NCBI GenBank assembly: GCA_938017505.1
Contig: CALIKV010000010.1
Location: forward strand, 76,720 to 140,719
Source of the DNA: an uncultured Sulfolobales archaeon
GTDB lineage: Archaea > Thermoproteota > Thermoprotei_A > Sulfolobales > NBVN01
Reading direction: 5' to 3'
DNA length: 64,000 nt
In this document: positions 40,133 through 49,520 of the stretch, piece by piece
How the letters are laid out: each line of letters begins with the position of its first letter
Position numbering within the stretch: position 1 is the stretch's first letter
Position numbers and translations under genes: made by a program
Notes under the pieces: model-generated
Told to the model about the DNA's origin: nothing
Seen by the model: only the letters and a program-made list of their open reading frames with translations
Database searches by the model: none

Positions 40133-40179
40133 ATCATCACCTAAACAAACCAGAACTTATAAACCCTTACCTAGAGATA

Positions 40180-41178
40180 TCAACAAGAAAATAGCCTCTC
40201 CCTGATGATATCACAAATACTTAACTCTCTCCATGAACCGTACCGACCCCTCACTTCGATGCCTAGCTCCCTAAACAATCTCTCCGAGTCCTCGGTTTTT
40301 CCTGAGAGCACTCCGTATTTCTCTATGTGCGATCTAACGAACAGCAGGTCCTTAACCCTGAGGCCGAGGCTTCTCAATTCCGAGATGCCCCTAGCAAGTA
40401 TCTCGCTCTTAGGGGTGCTGCGCTGTAGAGGTGTTAAGATGTGAATTAAGGTGTGATTAGAGTTAAGCCCTGCTAGAGGAGGCTTGCTAAGTACTACGTG
40501 TGAAGCCATGAACCTTCTCTTCCCTAAAGCGTAAACCATCGTCTCGTTAGGGTCAAGCCTCTGTTCAGTTACGCCTATTAGGACTGAGATGTTGTACGGC
40601 ACGTACACATAGCTTGACAGTACTTCAGTGGACACTCCTTTTAATCTAGAGAGCAGGAGGTCTTGAGGTAGCGTGTTGATGAGCTTCTCGTAATCTAGTA
40701 GAGAACCTCCCTCAATCCTAACTCTCCTCCTTAAAGGATCTATCTCAGTGATGCCTGCATAGATACGTGCAGCTCTGGACCTGCCTCTGAGGAACTTTAT
40801 CACTGAACACCACCCGGATTCGGGCTGGTATAGTGTGCTGTACTTAGTTGGCAGCACATCATACCAGAAAACCCCTGTTAACTCGGCGTGAGGCGGGTAC
40901 ACCTTTTCATTAAGAGTCTCCTCATCCCCTACGAGGAGGTAGTCATACTGGATCTCCCTCGCTTTAAACCCTAAGTTATTCACGCATCCGCGTTCCATAA
41001 CATACATAGGAACCCTGTCAATACACGTGTTGTTGATGTCCCAACCCTCCAGAGAGCTTGGCGTGTCTCGCAATGATAATATAAGGGGGTCTTCTGCGTT
41101 ATCAGCATGTAAGTTACTGCTCAGTGAATCCCCTAGAAACAACTCCTTAGCTTTCCTCCTCAGACTCCTCCTCCACAC
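40180..41178 (-). CDS. FAD-oxidoreductase-like protein (protoporphyrinogen oxidase/UDP-galactopyranose mutase-like, degenerate)
   Basis: YQPESGW, YEKLINTLP, GRYGSW motifs; no GxGxxG. Confidence 0.6.
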   Translation of the reverse strand: MWRRSLRRKAKELFLGDSLSSNLHADNAEDPLILSLRDTPSSLEGWDINNTCIDRVPMYVMERGCVNNLGFKAREIQYDYLLVGDEETLNEKVYPPHAELTGVFWYDVLPTKYSTLYQPESGWCSVIKFLRGRSRAARIYAGITEIDPLRRRVRIEGGSLLDYEKLINTLPQDLLLSRLKGVSTEVLSSYVYVPYNISVLIGVTEQRLDPNETMVYALGKRRFMASHVVLSKPPLAGLNSNHTLIHILTPLQRSTPKSEILARGISELRSLGLRVKDLLFVRSHIEKYGVLSGKTEDSERLFRELGIEVRGRYGSWRELSICDIIRERLFSC

Positions 41179-41470
41179 CTTCTTCTTCCTCTTCCCTCTT
41201 TATCGTAATGCGTCTAGCTTCATTGATGAACAGATGCGATCTCAAGTGATGAACAAGGTCTTCGGCGAAGAAGAACAGCGGGCCGCTCACCGAGGATCTG
41301 AGGGACTCCCTATCCTTAGGACACACCTCATCGATCTTAACGCAGGCAGGGCATAATAGGAGGTTAGTCGTTAAGTCTATACACGTCTCCACAGTCAGAC
41401 CCCCTATATCGAGGGAAATCCTACGCCATCTAGGCTCCCAGAAAAGCGACATTAACCACACCTGCATCAC
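41147..41470 (-). CDS. zinc-finger-like hypothetical protein with acidic tail
   Basis: CPAC...DLVHHLRSH. Confidence 0.75.
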   Translation of the reverse strand: MMQVWLMSLFWEPRWRRISLDIGGLTVETCIDLTTNLLLCPACVKIDEVCPKDRESLRSSVSGPLFFFAEDLVHHLRSHLFINEARRITIKREEEEEGVEEESEEES

Positions 41471-41596
41471 TATCTATTGATAAGGAGAGTTATAAAACTG
41501 CACCTACGTACCTGGCTGATGCTGGATCCAGTTGTCCGCGTACTTACGTGCGAGGATGAAGGACGTGAGCACAGGTTAATACGGCTGGCCGATGGC

Positions 41597-41779
41597 TCAA
41601 GAGCACCTATAGCCGTGCTTACTTAGCTTCCAAATAATGGCATCACGGATAAAACGACTTCTATTATCGTAGGACTCCTTAGCTATTATCTCGTCCATTA
41701 AGTCTATCACGTCATTAGGAAGTTTAACTGATATTACCTTGTCATCTGACATAGCCATCCTTTTTATAAATAATACCAT
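41597..41779 (-). CDS. ribbon-helix-helix (CopG/MetJ) regulator
   Basis: VISVKLP...MDE.....YDNRSRFIRDAI. Confidence 0.88.
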   Translation of the reverse strand: MVLFIKRMAMSDDKVISVKLPNDVIDLMDEIIAKESYDNRSRFIRDAIIWKLSKHGYRCS

Positions 41780-41858
41780 TAATTTAAGTGCATCTATTAA
41801 TTATTAGATAGAGAATTATTATTTATATTCACCGTAAACAACCTCCTTTGATGCGGAG

Positions 41859-42320
41859 GTGGAGGAGTTCATTATTAAGTCGAGAATTGCTATATTTCTA
41901 GGTGTGTGTTTGGAGGACCCGGTGATCACGGTTACCAGGTACTTGGTGATCAAGAGACTGGCTGGCAACTCATCCATGATAATGGCGGTTAAGGAGTATT
42001 TCGTTGATGGAGTCTCACCAAGTACTATAAGCTATAAGTATAAAATCTCTAAGTTCAGGGTTAGGGGCTACGTCCAGAGGGTCACAGAGAAGCTCAGAAA
42101 CCCCTACTTAACCTCAAACGTGGTGAGGCAGATCTTCCCGGTTATCCTGGAGGTAGAGCCCGCCGTGATTAAAGTGGGTGACAGGTTCATATGCCTCCTC
42201 TGCGACCAGACATTCACCAGTGAAGTAACTGTTGAGAATCATATAAGGAGAAAACACGCGGATTACGTGAATGAGGTGGTAGAGCAGATCGTTGGTAGTA
42301 CTAAGGGTTTAAGGAAATGA
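41859..42320 (+). CDS. HTH + C2H2 zinc-finger protein (start probably TTG 41889)
   Basis: GVSPSTISYKYKISK HTH; CLLCDQTF......HIRRKH. Confidence 0.8.
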   Translation: MEEFIIKSRIAIFLGVCLEDPVITVTRYLVIKRLAGNSSMIMAVKEYFVDGVSPSTISYKYKISKFRVRGYVQRVTEKLRNPYLTSNVVRQIFPVILEVEPAVIKVGDRFICLLCDQTFTSEVTVENHIRRKHADYVNEVVEQIVGSTKGLRK

Positions 42321-42387
42321 CACCCTCACTTCCGCAGCTTCGTTAATCTATTAGTTCGCCATGAGGTTAATTAATCACTCCTGAAGC

Positions 42388-43065
42388 TCATTGCAGGGCT
42401 TGCGACGCTGACAGCTGATGATATAACTTAATGAAGCCCAAGACGTTAAGGTCTGCAGCATTGACCTTCACGTCATTATAGTAGATGTCTACCCCGTTAT
42501 ACACGCCGTCCTTCCTCTTTATAATCAGCCTTAACCTACTCTCTTTGAGTATATCCCTGACGTCCTCATACTTTATTAAGTCATATAGTATGGAGTCGCT
42601 GAGTAACCCCAGCGCGTCAGTGACTAGGGAATCGCATTTCCTTACGTTTAGGACTGCGTTGATGTAGTGCTTGATCAACGAAGGTTGCGCCTCCAAGTAA
42701 CCCTCGTTTCTGAGAGAACTTAGTTCATCACACTCAAGGCTATTGATAAGCTTGACGAGCAACCCCTCAGCGATGAGATCTAGGGGTGAGTCCATTAGAT
42801 TCCTTATGAAGGTTAACGATGAATAACTAGGTTTTAAGGTGTCGAGGTATTTAATCCATGATGCATCATGACATCCTGTCTTACACACCTCCCTCAACAC
42901 GCGTGCGAGCCTCTGATGCCCGGATGCAGTGTCCTCAAGTATTAAGCTGAGAGCTATGAGGAGCTTGTTAGGCTTCCCCAGGGCGTAGAGCTCCCTAAAC
43001 CCTAGTCTCACTAACTCGGTAAACTCTCTATCATCAACCCTATCAAGCGAGTTAAACAGCTTCAT
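42388..43065 (-). CDS. hypothetical protein
   Basis: 225-aa ORF; no recognisable motif. Confidence 0.6.
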   Translation of the reverse strand: MKLFNSLDRVDDREFTELVRLGFRELYALGKPNKLLIALSLILEDTASGHQRLARVLREVCKTGCHDASWIKYLDTLKPSYSSLTFIRNLMDSPLDLIAEGLLVKLINSLECDELSSLRNEGYLEAQPSLIKHYINAVLNVRKCDSLVTDALGLLSDSILYDLIKYEDVRDILKESRLRLIIKRKDGVYNGVDIYYNDVKVNAADLNVLGFIKLYHQLSASQALQ

Positions 43066-43164
43066 GAGTGATGTCCTTCTTCTGAAGAGCAGGTTCCCTC
43101 TCCGTTTCTTCAGTGATGAGATGCTTAAAAAACTTAGGAGTTAAGAGATATTGGTGCGCCTTCG

Positions 43165-44046
43165 CTGAGGAGTGTTAAGTGGGTTGATGGCAAGGTAGTT
43201 TTGGAGGATACGGCAATACCACCTATACCTAAAGAGAAGGTATTGGCGAAGGTCTTAAGCGCTCTTATCTACTCTCCCATCAAAAACAGGAGCGTACTTA
43301 ACAACGTGGAGCCCGGGATAACGCTAGGTAGCTTCGGGGTAGTAAGGGTCATAGAACCTGGCGTGTGGAGTAATGCGACTCCCGGCGGGACCTACGGAGT
43401 CGTTCCATACTGTAATGACGGAGTTCTCGGACTTGGGTTAGACGGCCTCGCCTCAGAGTACGCCGTCGTCCCGGCGGAATGTCTGGTTAAGCTGGCGAAG
43501 ACCGACGTGACGCGGTTAACACCTCTCTACCTGGAATTCGGTTACTTATATGAGTTGGCGAAGTTGATGGAGACTTCCGCGAGGTCGATCATCATAGGTT
43601 GTGGATTCGCTGCTTACGTTCTAGGGATGCTCGCTAGGAAGTACGGAAGCGCTGAGATACTCTGCATTAACGATGACCATAACTACGTCAAGCAGTTACG
43701 CGACCTAGGCCTGCCCTTCAGAAGGAGCCCCGGCGACATTAAGGAGAGAGCCAGCTTAGTGATTCTCACAGAAGACGTGGGGTTCGAGTGGATTAAGTTG
43801 CTTCAAGACGAAGGGAGGGTCTACATGGCTTCAGGGGTCTTCGCCTTAAACGTCCGCTTTAAGGGTAATCCCTCTAAATTGAAGCTGATCAGACCCAGCA
43901 TATTCAGATCTAGTTACGGTATGAGATACATAAATAAAGTGAGTAACTACGTGCTTAGCAGTCAGGTCGGGTTCGTCGATGATCTAAGCCAGGTGGCGAG
44001 CGCTCTAGAACTCTTCGAGAGAGTTGTTCTCGTCTTTAAAACGTAG
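43165..44046 (+). CDS. MDR/alcohol-dehydrogenase-fold protein lacking zinc ligands
   Basis: GroES-like N-terminus, LG...DGLASEYAVVP, IIGCG; extended from 43201 to a CTG at 43165. Confidence 0.65.
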   Translation: MRSVKWVDGKVVLEDTAIPPIPKEKVLAKVLSALIYSPIKNRSVLNNVEPGITLGSFGVVRVIEPGVWSNATPGGTYGVVPYCNDGVLGLGLDGLASEYAVVPAECLVKLAKTDVTRLTPLYLEFGYLYELAKLMETSARSIIIGCGFAAYVLGMLARKYGSAEILCINDDHNYVKQLRDLGLPFRRSPGDIKERASLVILTEDVGFEWIKLLQDEGRVYMASGVFALNVRFKGNPSKLKLIRPSIFRSSYGMRYINKVSNYVLSSQVGFVDDLSQVASALELFERVVLVFKT

Positions 44047-44055
44047 AGTAAGGTT

Positions 44056-45300
44056 TTACATGCCGTAGAAGCTCTCCGGGGTTATAGGCTTCGAGGGGGT
44101 CTTGATCTTATCCCTGGCGAGACTTCCCAAGACCTTCACACCCTCGGCTATCTTATCTGGTGAGGGGAAGCTGAAGTTAAGTCTCATTGAATTCCATCCA
44201 CCGCCGTTGGAGAAGAACGAAGCGCCCGGCACGTAGGCAACGCCCATAGCGATGGCCTCGGTGAGCATCTTCCTCGTGTCTATCTCGAGCGATGGAAGGA
44301 ACACCATTACAAACAACCCGCCGACAGGCTTAGGCCACCAAGTGTTCTCGGGCATGTGGTCAAGGAGGGAGTCAAGCATAACGTCCCTCTTAACCTTATA
44401 GACTTGCCTAGCTTTCTCTATAGTCCTCTCAACCACGCCCCGTCTCATGGCTTCAAGGGCTATGTATTGTGTTAGTGATGATGTGTGAAGATCCGCAGTC
44501 TGCTTAGCTCTCTCAAGCACGTCAATGACGTAGTGATTCCCCAAAACCCACCCTAGTCTCAGTCCCGGTGAGAGTATCTTGCTCAACGTGCCTAAATATA
44601 TGACCCTACCCTCCTTATCGAGCGTTTTAAGCGGGGTCACGTCAACCCCGCTCTCGTAGACGAAGTACGAGTAAGGATCGTCCTCGATAATCACTACGTC
44701 GTACTCGGAAGCAAGCTGTAGGAGAGCCTTCTTCCTCTCAACACTCATCGTGACGCCGGCAGGGTTATGCGCGACTGGTATTGTGTATATGAACTTAACC
44801 TTCTTGCCTTTAGCGTAAACCTTCTTCAGCTCCCTCTCTAGGAGGTCTACACGCATTCCGTCCCCGTCCACAGGAACCCCTATTATCTGGGGGTGTGAAA
44901 GCGTGTATGCGTTCAGGGCAGCTAAGTAAGTAGGTAACTCAACTATTATCACGTCCTCCCGCTCTATGAAGACCCTGCTTATTAAGTCCAGTGCCTGTTG
45001 CGAGCCAGTTGTGATCAGTACGGAGTCACTGCTGTCGACTTTAACGTCCTTCCTCTGCAGGAAATTCGTTAATTCCTTCCTGAACTCGGTTATCCCGGCT
45101 GTCGGTGCGTACTGAAGTGAAGACTCCCCACGCTCTCTAATAACCTCCTGTGCTATCTCAGCTAACTCCTCCTTAGGAAAGGTCTGTGGATCCGGCAGGC
45201 CTCCCGCAAGACTTATGATCTTCCTGCCTTCAGTGAGTTTAAGAAGCTCTCTCACCTCCGATGCTTTAAAGAGCTCAGATCTTCCCGCAAGTAACTTCAA
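44056..45300 (-). CDS. PLP-dependent class I aminotransferase (ARO8/LysN-like)
   Basis: SLAGGLP, TGSQQALD, HNPAG, EDDPY, TLSKILSPGLRLGW, RLNFS. Confidence 0.93.
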   Translation of the reverse strand: MKLLAGRSELFKASEVRELLKLTEGRKIISLAGGLPDPQTFPKEELAEIAQEVIRERGESSLQYAPTAGITEFRKELTNFLQRKDVKVDSSDSVLITTGSQQALDLISRVFIEREDVIIVELPTYLAALNAYTLSHPQIIGVPVDGDGMRVDLLERELKKVYAKGKKVKFIYTIPVAHNPAGVTMSVERKKALLQLASEYDVVIIEDDPYSYFVYESGVDVTPLKTLDKEGRVIYLGTLSKILSPGLRLGWVLGNHYVIDVLERAKQTADLHTSSLTQYIALEAMRRGVVERTIEKARQVYKVKRDVMLDSLLDHMPENTWWPKPVGGLFVMVFLPSLEIDTRKMLTEAIAMGVAYVPGASFFSNGGGWNSMRLNFSFPSPDKIAEGVKVLGSLARDKIKTPSKPITPESFYGM

Positions 45301-45461
45301 GTAATCGACCGTTTTGAATCCCCTATAAATTAGGGAATTAAGGGTTTTAAATATTCGTCTATAATATTGACATTATTTTCTTTACTTATTATCAACATAA
45401 ACCCCGGCCACAAAGTATTAAACATATCGAAGGTGATAGTACGCCGGTGCCGTTCCTAAGT

Positions 45462-46532
45462 TTATCTTTTTACGTAGAGCCAGCATGCAACACCGTGTTC
45501 AGGCTCTACATCAATTATAGGTGGTTCCTGAGTCTTGCAAACGTCCATCGAGTAAGGACACCTTGGATGGAGTCTACAGCCGCTCGGCACTGCTGCCGCG
45601 CTCGGTATCTCGCTCTTGATGGGGACCTCTCTCATCTTTAATCGGTTAGAAGGGTCTGGCTCAGGTACAGCTGCTACTAAAGCCTTAGTGTAGGGGTGAT
45701 AAGGGTTGTTGATTATTTTACTTGCAAGACCCGTCTCGACTATCTTACCTAAGTACATGACTGCTATCTTATCACATATGTAGTTAGCTACAGCTAGATC
45801 GTGAGTTATAAAAATGTATGAGAGATTTCTTGAGCTCTTTAAATCGAGCATTAGTTGTAGAATTTCAGCTCTTATAGAGACATCAAGCATGCTGACGGGT
45901 TCGTCAGCTATTACCAGCGACGGGTTAAGTATCATAACTCTAGCTACCGCAACTCTCTGCCTTTGACCACCTGATATCATGTGCGGATATCTCTCAACGA
46001 ACTCTTCAGGAGGATTAAGCCTGACCTCGCTTAGGGCCTTATAGATAATCTCTTGCCTCTCTTCCTTGCTTGACCCTATAGAATGTATTATTAGAGGCTC
46101 CTCCAAAATACTCCCTAAAGTCATTCTAGAGTTAAGCGATCCATAGGGGTCCTGGAATATTATCTGTATCTCGCGTTTCAACAGTTTGTCGATGCTACTA
46201 GGCAACTTATCGAATAGACTAACGTAATCCCCGTAAACGAATATTCCCTGAGGCATCAATTCCTTAACTTCTTTAGAGACCTTGTACAATGCTCTGCCAT
46301 CAGACACTTCTATGAGTCTAGCTATCAATCTACCCGTTGTTGTTTTCCCACATCCTGATTCGCCAACCAAACAAAATACGTCGCTCTCAACAACCTCGAA
46401 GCTTATCCCGTCAACGGCTTTAACACTCCTAGGAGGCTTACCTCTCAAGATCTCAGAGATACTCCTCTTCACCGGGAAATACTTCTTCAGATTCTCCACT
46501 CTAAGCTTAACCTCACTCACTTGGATCACCAT
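45462..46532 (-). CDS. oppF: peptide ABC transporter ATP-binding protein (OppF-like)
   Basis: GESGCGKTT, SGGQRQR, DEPVSMLD, C-terminal Cys cluster. Confidence 0.9.
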   Translation of the reverse strand: MVIQVSEVKLRVENLKKYFPVKRSISEILRGKPPRSVKAVDGISFEVVESDVFCLVGESGCGKTTTGRLIARLIEVSDGRALYKVSKEVKELMPQGIFVYGDYVSLFDKLPSSIDKLLKREIQIIFQDPYGSLNSRMTLGSILEEPLIIHSIGSSKEERQEIIYKALSEVRLNPPEEFVERYPHMISGGQRQRVAVARVMILNPSLVIADEPVSMLDVSIRAEILQLMLDLKSSRNLSYIFITHDLAVANYICDKIAVMYLGKIVETGLASKIINNPYHPYTKALVAAVPEPDPSNRLKMREVPIKSEIPSAAAVPSGCRLHPRCPYSMDVCKTQEPPIIDVEPEHGVACWLYVKR

Positions 46533-46536
46533 TAAC

Positions 46537-46647
46537 CTAGGTTCTAATCACCTTCCTCGGCAACAAGCTAAACAGGACCAACGTCGGTGAAGCTACAGTA
46601 GTGACGTAGAGGACTAACTGAAGTAGTATGTGCCTTGACCTCAACAT
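46537..46647 (-). CDS. possible 36-aa membrane peptide upstream of oppF
   Basis: MLRSRHILLQLVLYVTTVASPTLVLFSLLPRKVIRT; ends 4 nt before the oppF start. Confidence 0.3.
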   Translation of the reverse strand: MLRSRHILLQLVLYVTTVASPTLVLFSLLPRKVIRT

Positions 46648-46823
46648 ACGAGTTGTTCCCCAGGCTTGAGGTCATTGGCCTTGTTGTCATTGCCGAACCA
46701 CCCTAGCTAAAAACTATTACTTAACTTAAAATTAAAATTTTATCATTCAATTGAACGTCGTGACTGACGTTAAGGTAGGCGGTGACTCCTCCACAATCGT
46801 GGTCAGCACTGTTATTAAAGACC

Positions 46824-47792
46824 CTATTTCTTTGTGTGTAGCCAGCATGCCACTCGGTGCTCCCCACCCATTTCAATGGTTGGTGGTTCCTTATGCCTGC
46901 ATATATCCATGACGTAGGGGCACCTAGGGTTAAATCTACAGCCTATCGGGGGTCTCCTGAGGTCGGGAGGGACTCCCGGTATCCACGTTATCTTCCCTTT
47001 ATACCCCAACCTGGGTATGCTTCTCAACAGCCCTTGCGTGTATGGATGCTTCGGGTTATTGAATATCTCCTCGGAAGACCCGAGCTCGACTACCTTACCT
47101 GCATACATTATAGCTACCTTATCGGAGATCTCAGCAATAATGCTTAAGTCATGCGTTATGAATATCATTGAAGTTTTCTCCTCAGTCTTTATCTTCTTCA
47201 GCAAGTTCATTATCTGTGCTTGAATAACCACGTCCAGCGCGGTTGTAGGTTCATCAGCTATTACTAGCTTGGGCTTAAGGAGTAGAGCCATGGCAATCAC
47301 GACCCTCTGCTTCATACCCCCGCTTAACTCGTGAGGATACCTCTTCAGCAACTCTGGGTTAAGCCCTACTTGTACTAACGCCTCTACAGCCGATTTGACC
47401 GCTTCTCTCCGACTGAAACCCTTGTGAAACGTCAGTACCTCAACCAGTTGCTTCTCAACAGTGTAGACGGGGTTAAGCACGTTCATGGCACCCTGGAAAA
47501 CCATGCTTACTTTACTCCATCTAATCCTCCTTAGCTCATCCTCACTCAACTTAGTTACGTCAATGCCGTCAATGAGCACATTGCCCCCCTCGATCCTCCC
47601 CGGAGGCGGGACCAACCCGAGCAATGAATAACCTAAAGTAGACTTACCGCACCCGGACTCGCCTGCAAGACCAAGAACCTCAGCTTCCCCCACAGTAAAT
47701 GAGACCTCGTCAACTGCTCTTACAATGCCAGCCAGTGTACGGTAGTAAACCCTCAGATCCCGTACATCGAGTACAGTTCTCAAAGAACCCAC
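46824..47792 (-). CDS. oppD: peptide ABC transporter ATP-binding protein (OppD-like)
   Basis: GESGCGKST, LSGGMKQR, DEPTTALD, C-terminal Cys cluster. Confidence 0.9.
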   Translation of the reverse strand: MGSLRTVLDVRDLRVYYRTLAGIVRAVDEVSFTVGEAEVLGLAGESGCGKSTLGYSLLGLVPPPGRIEGGNVLIDGIDVTKLSEDELRRIRWSKVSMVFQGAMNVLNPVYTVEKQLVEVLTFHKGFSRREAVKSAVEALVQVGLNPELLKRYPHELSGGMKQRVVIAMALLLKPKLVIADEPTTALDVVIQAQIMNLLKKIKTEEKTSMIFITHDLSIIAEISDKVAIMYAGKVVELGSSEEIFNNPKHPYTQGLLRSIPRLGYKGKITWIPGVPPDLRRPPIGCRFNPRCPYVMDICRHKEPPTIEMGGEHRVACWLHTKK

Positions 47793-47854
47793 TACTCACA
47801 CCTAAAGTTCAACGGGTTTAAGCTTTATTAGTCACAAGACCTTAAACTATATTC

Positions 47855-47916
47855 AGATGATGAGGTGGGCAGCCTAAGACTAAAGTAAGGATGAAGACCA
47901 CGGTTCACTCTGAGCC
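47855..47916 (+). ncRNA. box C/D sRNA
   Basis: C box ATGATGA 47857-63, D' CTAA, C' AGGATGA 47888-94, D box CTGA 47910-13; TTTATTA about 30 nt upstream. Confidence 0.8.
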
Positions 47917-48032
47917 TCTACCCTTTATAACTGGGAGACGCGCCCTCCCTTGCCGAGGTGAACGTTTACAAGCTCCTCGTGAAAAGGTAAATCAATGAAG
48001 TCCTTCGTTTAATGCTACGAAAATTGAGGCTT

Positions 48033-48632
48033 CTATAGCATTGACGGTATCTCTCTCACGCACTCCAACTCTCTGAGCCTGCCGAGGATCCCGTAGACCG
48101 CTGTGTTAACTTCGTCCTCGTCCTTAGCCCCGGTGATGACCATCTTGCCACTGCTGAATATCAGCAGAACTACTTTAGGTTCTTCCATCCTGTGTATTAA
48201 ACCTGGGAATTGTTCCGGTTCATACATGACGTTAGGCAACAACAGCGCAGCCTTCTCCAGGTCGACCTCCATGCCCAAGCTCGCCGACGCAACTATGTTC
48301 TGTATCTGAATCCTAGGCTTACCAACTATTATTATGCCGTGTCTGACGAAAGCTCTGATTATCTTCTTAAAACCGTCTATCAGTTGATTCTTGCTCTTAG
48401 CCCCGGTGATGACCATCTTGCCGGAATTAAATATCAACGCGGTCAGCCTTGGCTTACTCAGCCTGTAGATCAAGCCAGGGAATTCCTCAGGGTCATATTC
48501 GACATTTGACACAGTCCTGGCCACCGCGCTTAAGTCTAAGTTCTGATCAAGAGTTGCGGTGGCAACTATATTCTCAACCCTTATGATGGGTTTGATCTCC
48601 ATTTTAAGCACCCAATAATTTAAAATAACCAA
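48033..48632 (-). CDS. tbp: TATA-box binding protein (start probably ATG 48603)
   Basis: two NIVA...Y.PE.FPGL...LIF.SGK.VITGAK repeats. Confidence 0.98.
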   Translation of the reverse strand: MVILNYWVLKMEIKPIIRVENIVATATLDQNLDLSAVARTVSNVEYDPEEFPGLIYRLSKPRLTALIFNSGKMVITGAKSKNQLIDGFKKIIRAFVRHGIIIVGKPRIQIQNIVASASLGMEVDLEKAALLLPNVMYEPEQFPGLIHRMEEPKVVLLIFSSGKMVITGAKDEDEVNTAVYGILGRLRELECVREIPSML

Positions 48633-48649
48633 GCTTTTAAATCGGACTC

Positions 48650-49459
48650 CTACGATATATACTCAGCCAGCTCGCTCAATGAGGGCAGCTCAAAGATCCC
48701 CACATCGTCATCGATTATAATCGGTCTAATTCCTTGGATCACGGCTTCATCCCTAAGTATCGGCGATATGAACGTATCCGGGCTTAACGTTATTCTCGAG
48801 CCTGTCTGGTAAGCTCCGGTTGCCGGTAGGGTTACGAAGGTCTTGCCTGAGATCTTCAACTCCCCGACTAGGAAGCAATGAAACTTGCCGAGCCTCCCCA
48901 CGCTATCCCGTAAGGTTATGCTCGGGTGCTCATGCCCTAAAATCAAGTAACTCCACTCACGTCCTGCGTCCCTCGGAAGCACTTTATGCCCGTGAACGAT
49001 CAGGTACTCACCCATCATGAAGAACTCCTCCAACCTGAAATCAAACCTCTTCTTAAGGATTGGGAGGTAGTTGTCGTGGTTCCCCCTGACCACTACAACC
49101 TCCTTCACCCTAGGTGTGACATGCTCTAAGAAGCCGACCAGCTCTCTCCTCTCAACAGGGCTTAAGCCGTTGAAGCTGTGTTTAAGGTCGCCCGCGATAA
49201 CTAACTTGTCAACGGCGAGTTCACTCAGGAGTCCGTCAACTAGCTCGATGGCCCTCTTAAGTTGGAAGCGAGGTATGAAGACGCCCTTAGAAGCCAGCTC
49301 GTCCTCATACCCTATATGTATGTCCGCTATAATCAAAGCTCTATACCTCCTTAAGTAGAGCGCGGGTGAAACGCCTGCTATGTCAGCTCCCTGAATTATC
49401 TCCATCGGCATCATAGATGAAGGTGCTACGAAGTATTTAAAAGCTTGAGCGATGATCAT
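48650..49459 (-). CDS. calcineurin-like metallophosphoesterase
   Basis: ADIHIG, GDLKH, GNHD, HGH, GHEHP. Confidence 0.92.
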   Translation of the reverse strand: MIIAQAFKYFVAPSSMMPMEIIQGADIAGVSPALYLRRYRALIIADIHIGYEDELASKGVFIPRFQLKRAIELVDGLLSELAVDKLVIAGDLKHSFNGLSPVERRELVGFLEHVTPRVKEVVVVRGNHDNYLPILKKRFDFRLEEFFMMGEYLIVHGHKVLPRDAGREWSYLILGHEHPSITLRDSVGRLGKFHCFLVGELKISGKTFVTLPATGAYQTGSRITLSPDTFISPILRDEAVIQGIRPIIIDDDVGIFELPSLSELAEYIS

Positions 49460-49520
49460 TATTGATGATGAGGCTTACAAGGGTTGATTGAGTGAGAGGA
49501 GAACCCGCGTCTGAACCCCA

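Noticed and set aside
39868..40134. TAG read-through (pyrrolysine-like) ORF on the minus strand
   Set aside because: Product is not protein-like, no pyl genes in the window, and RNA structure explains the region better
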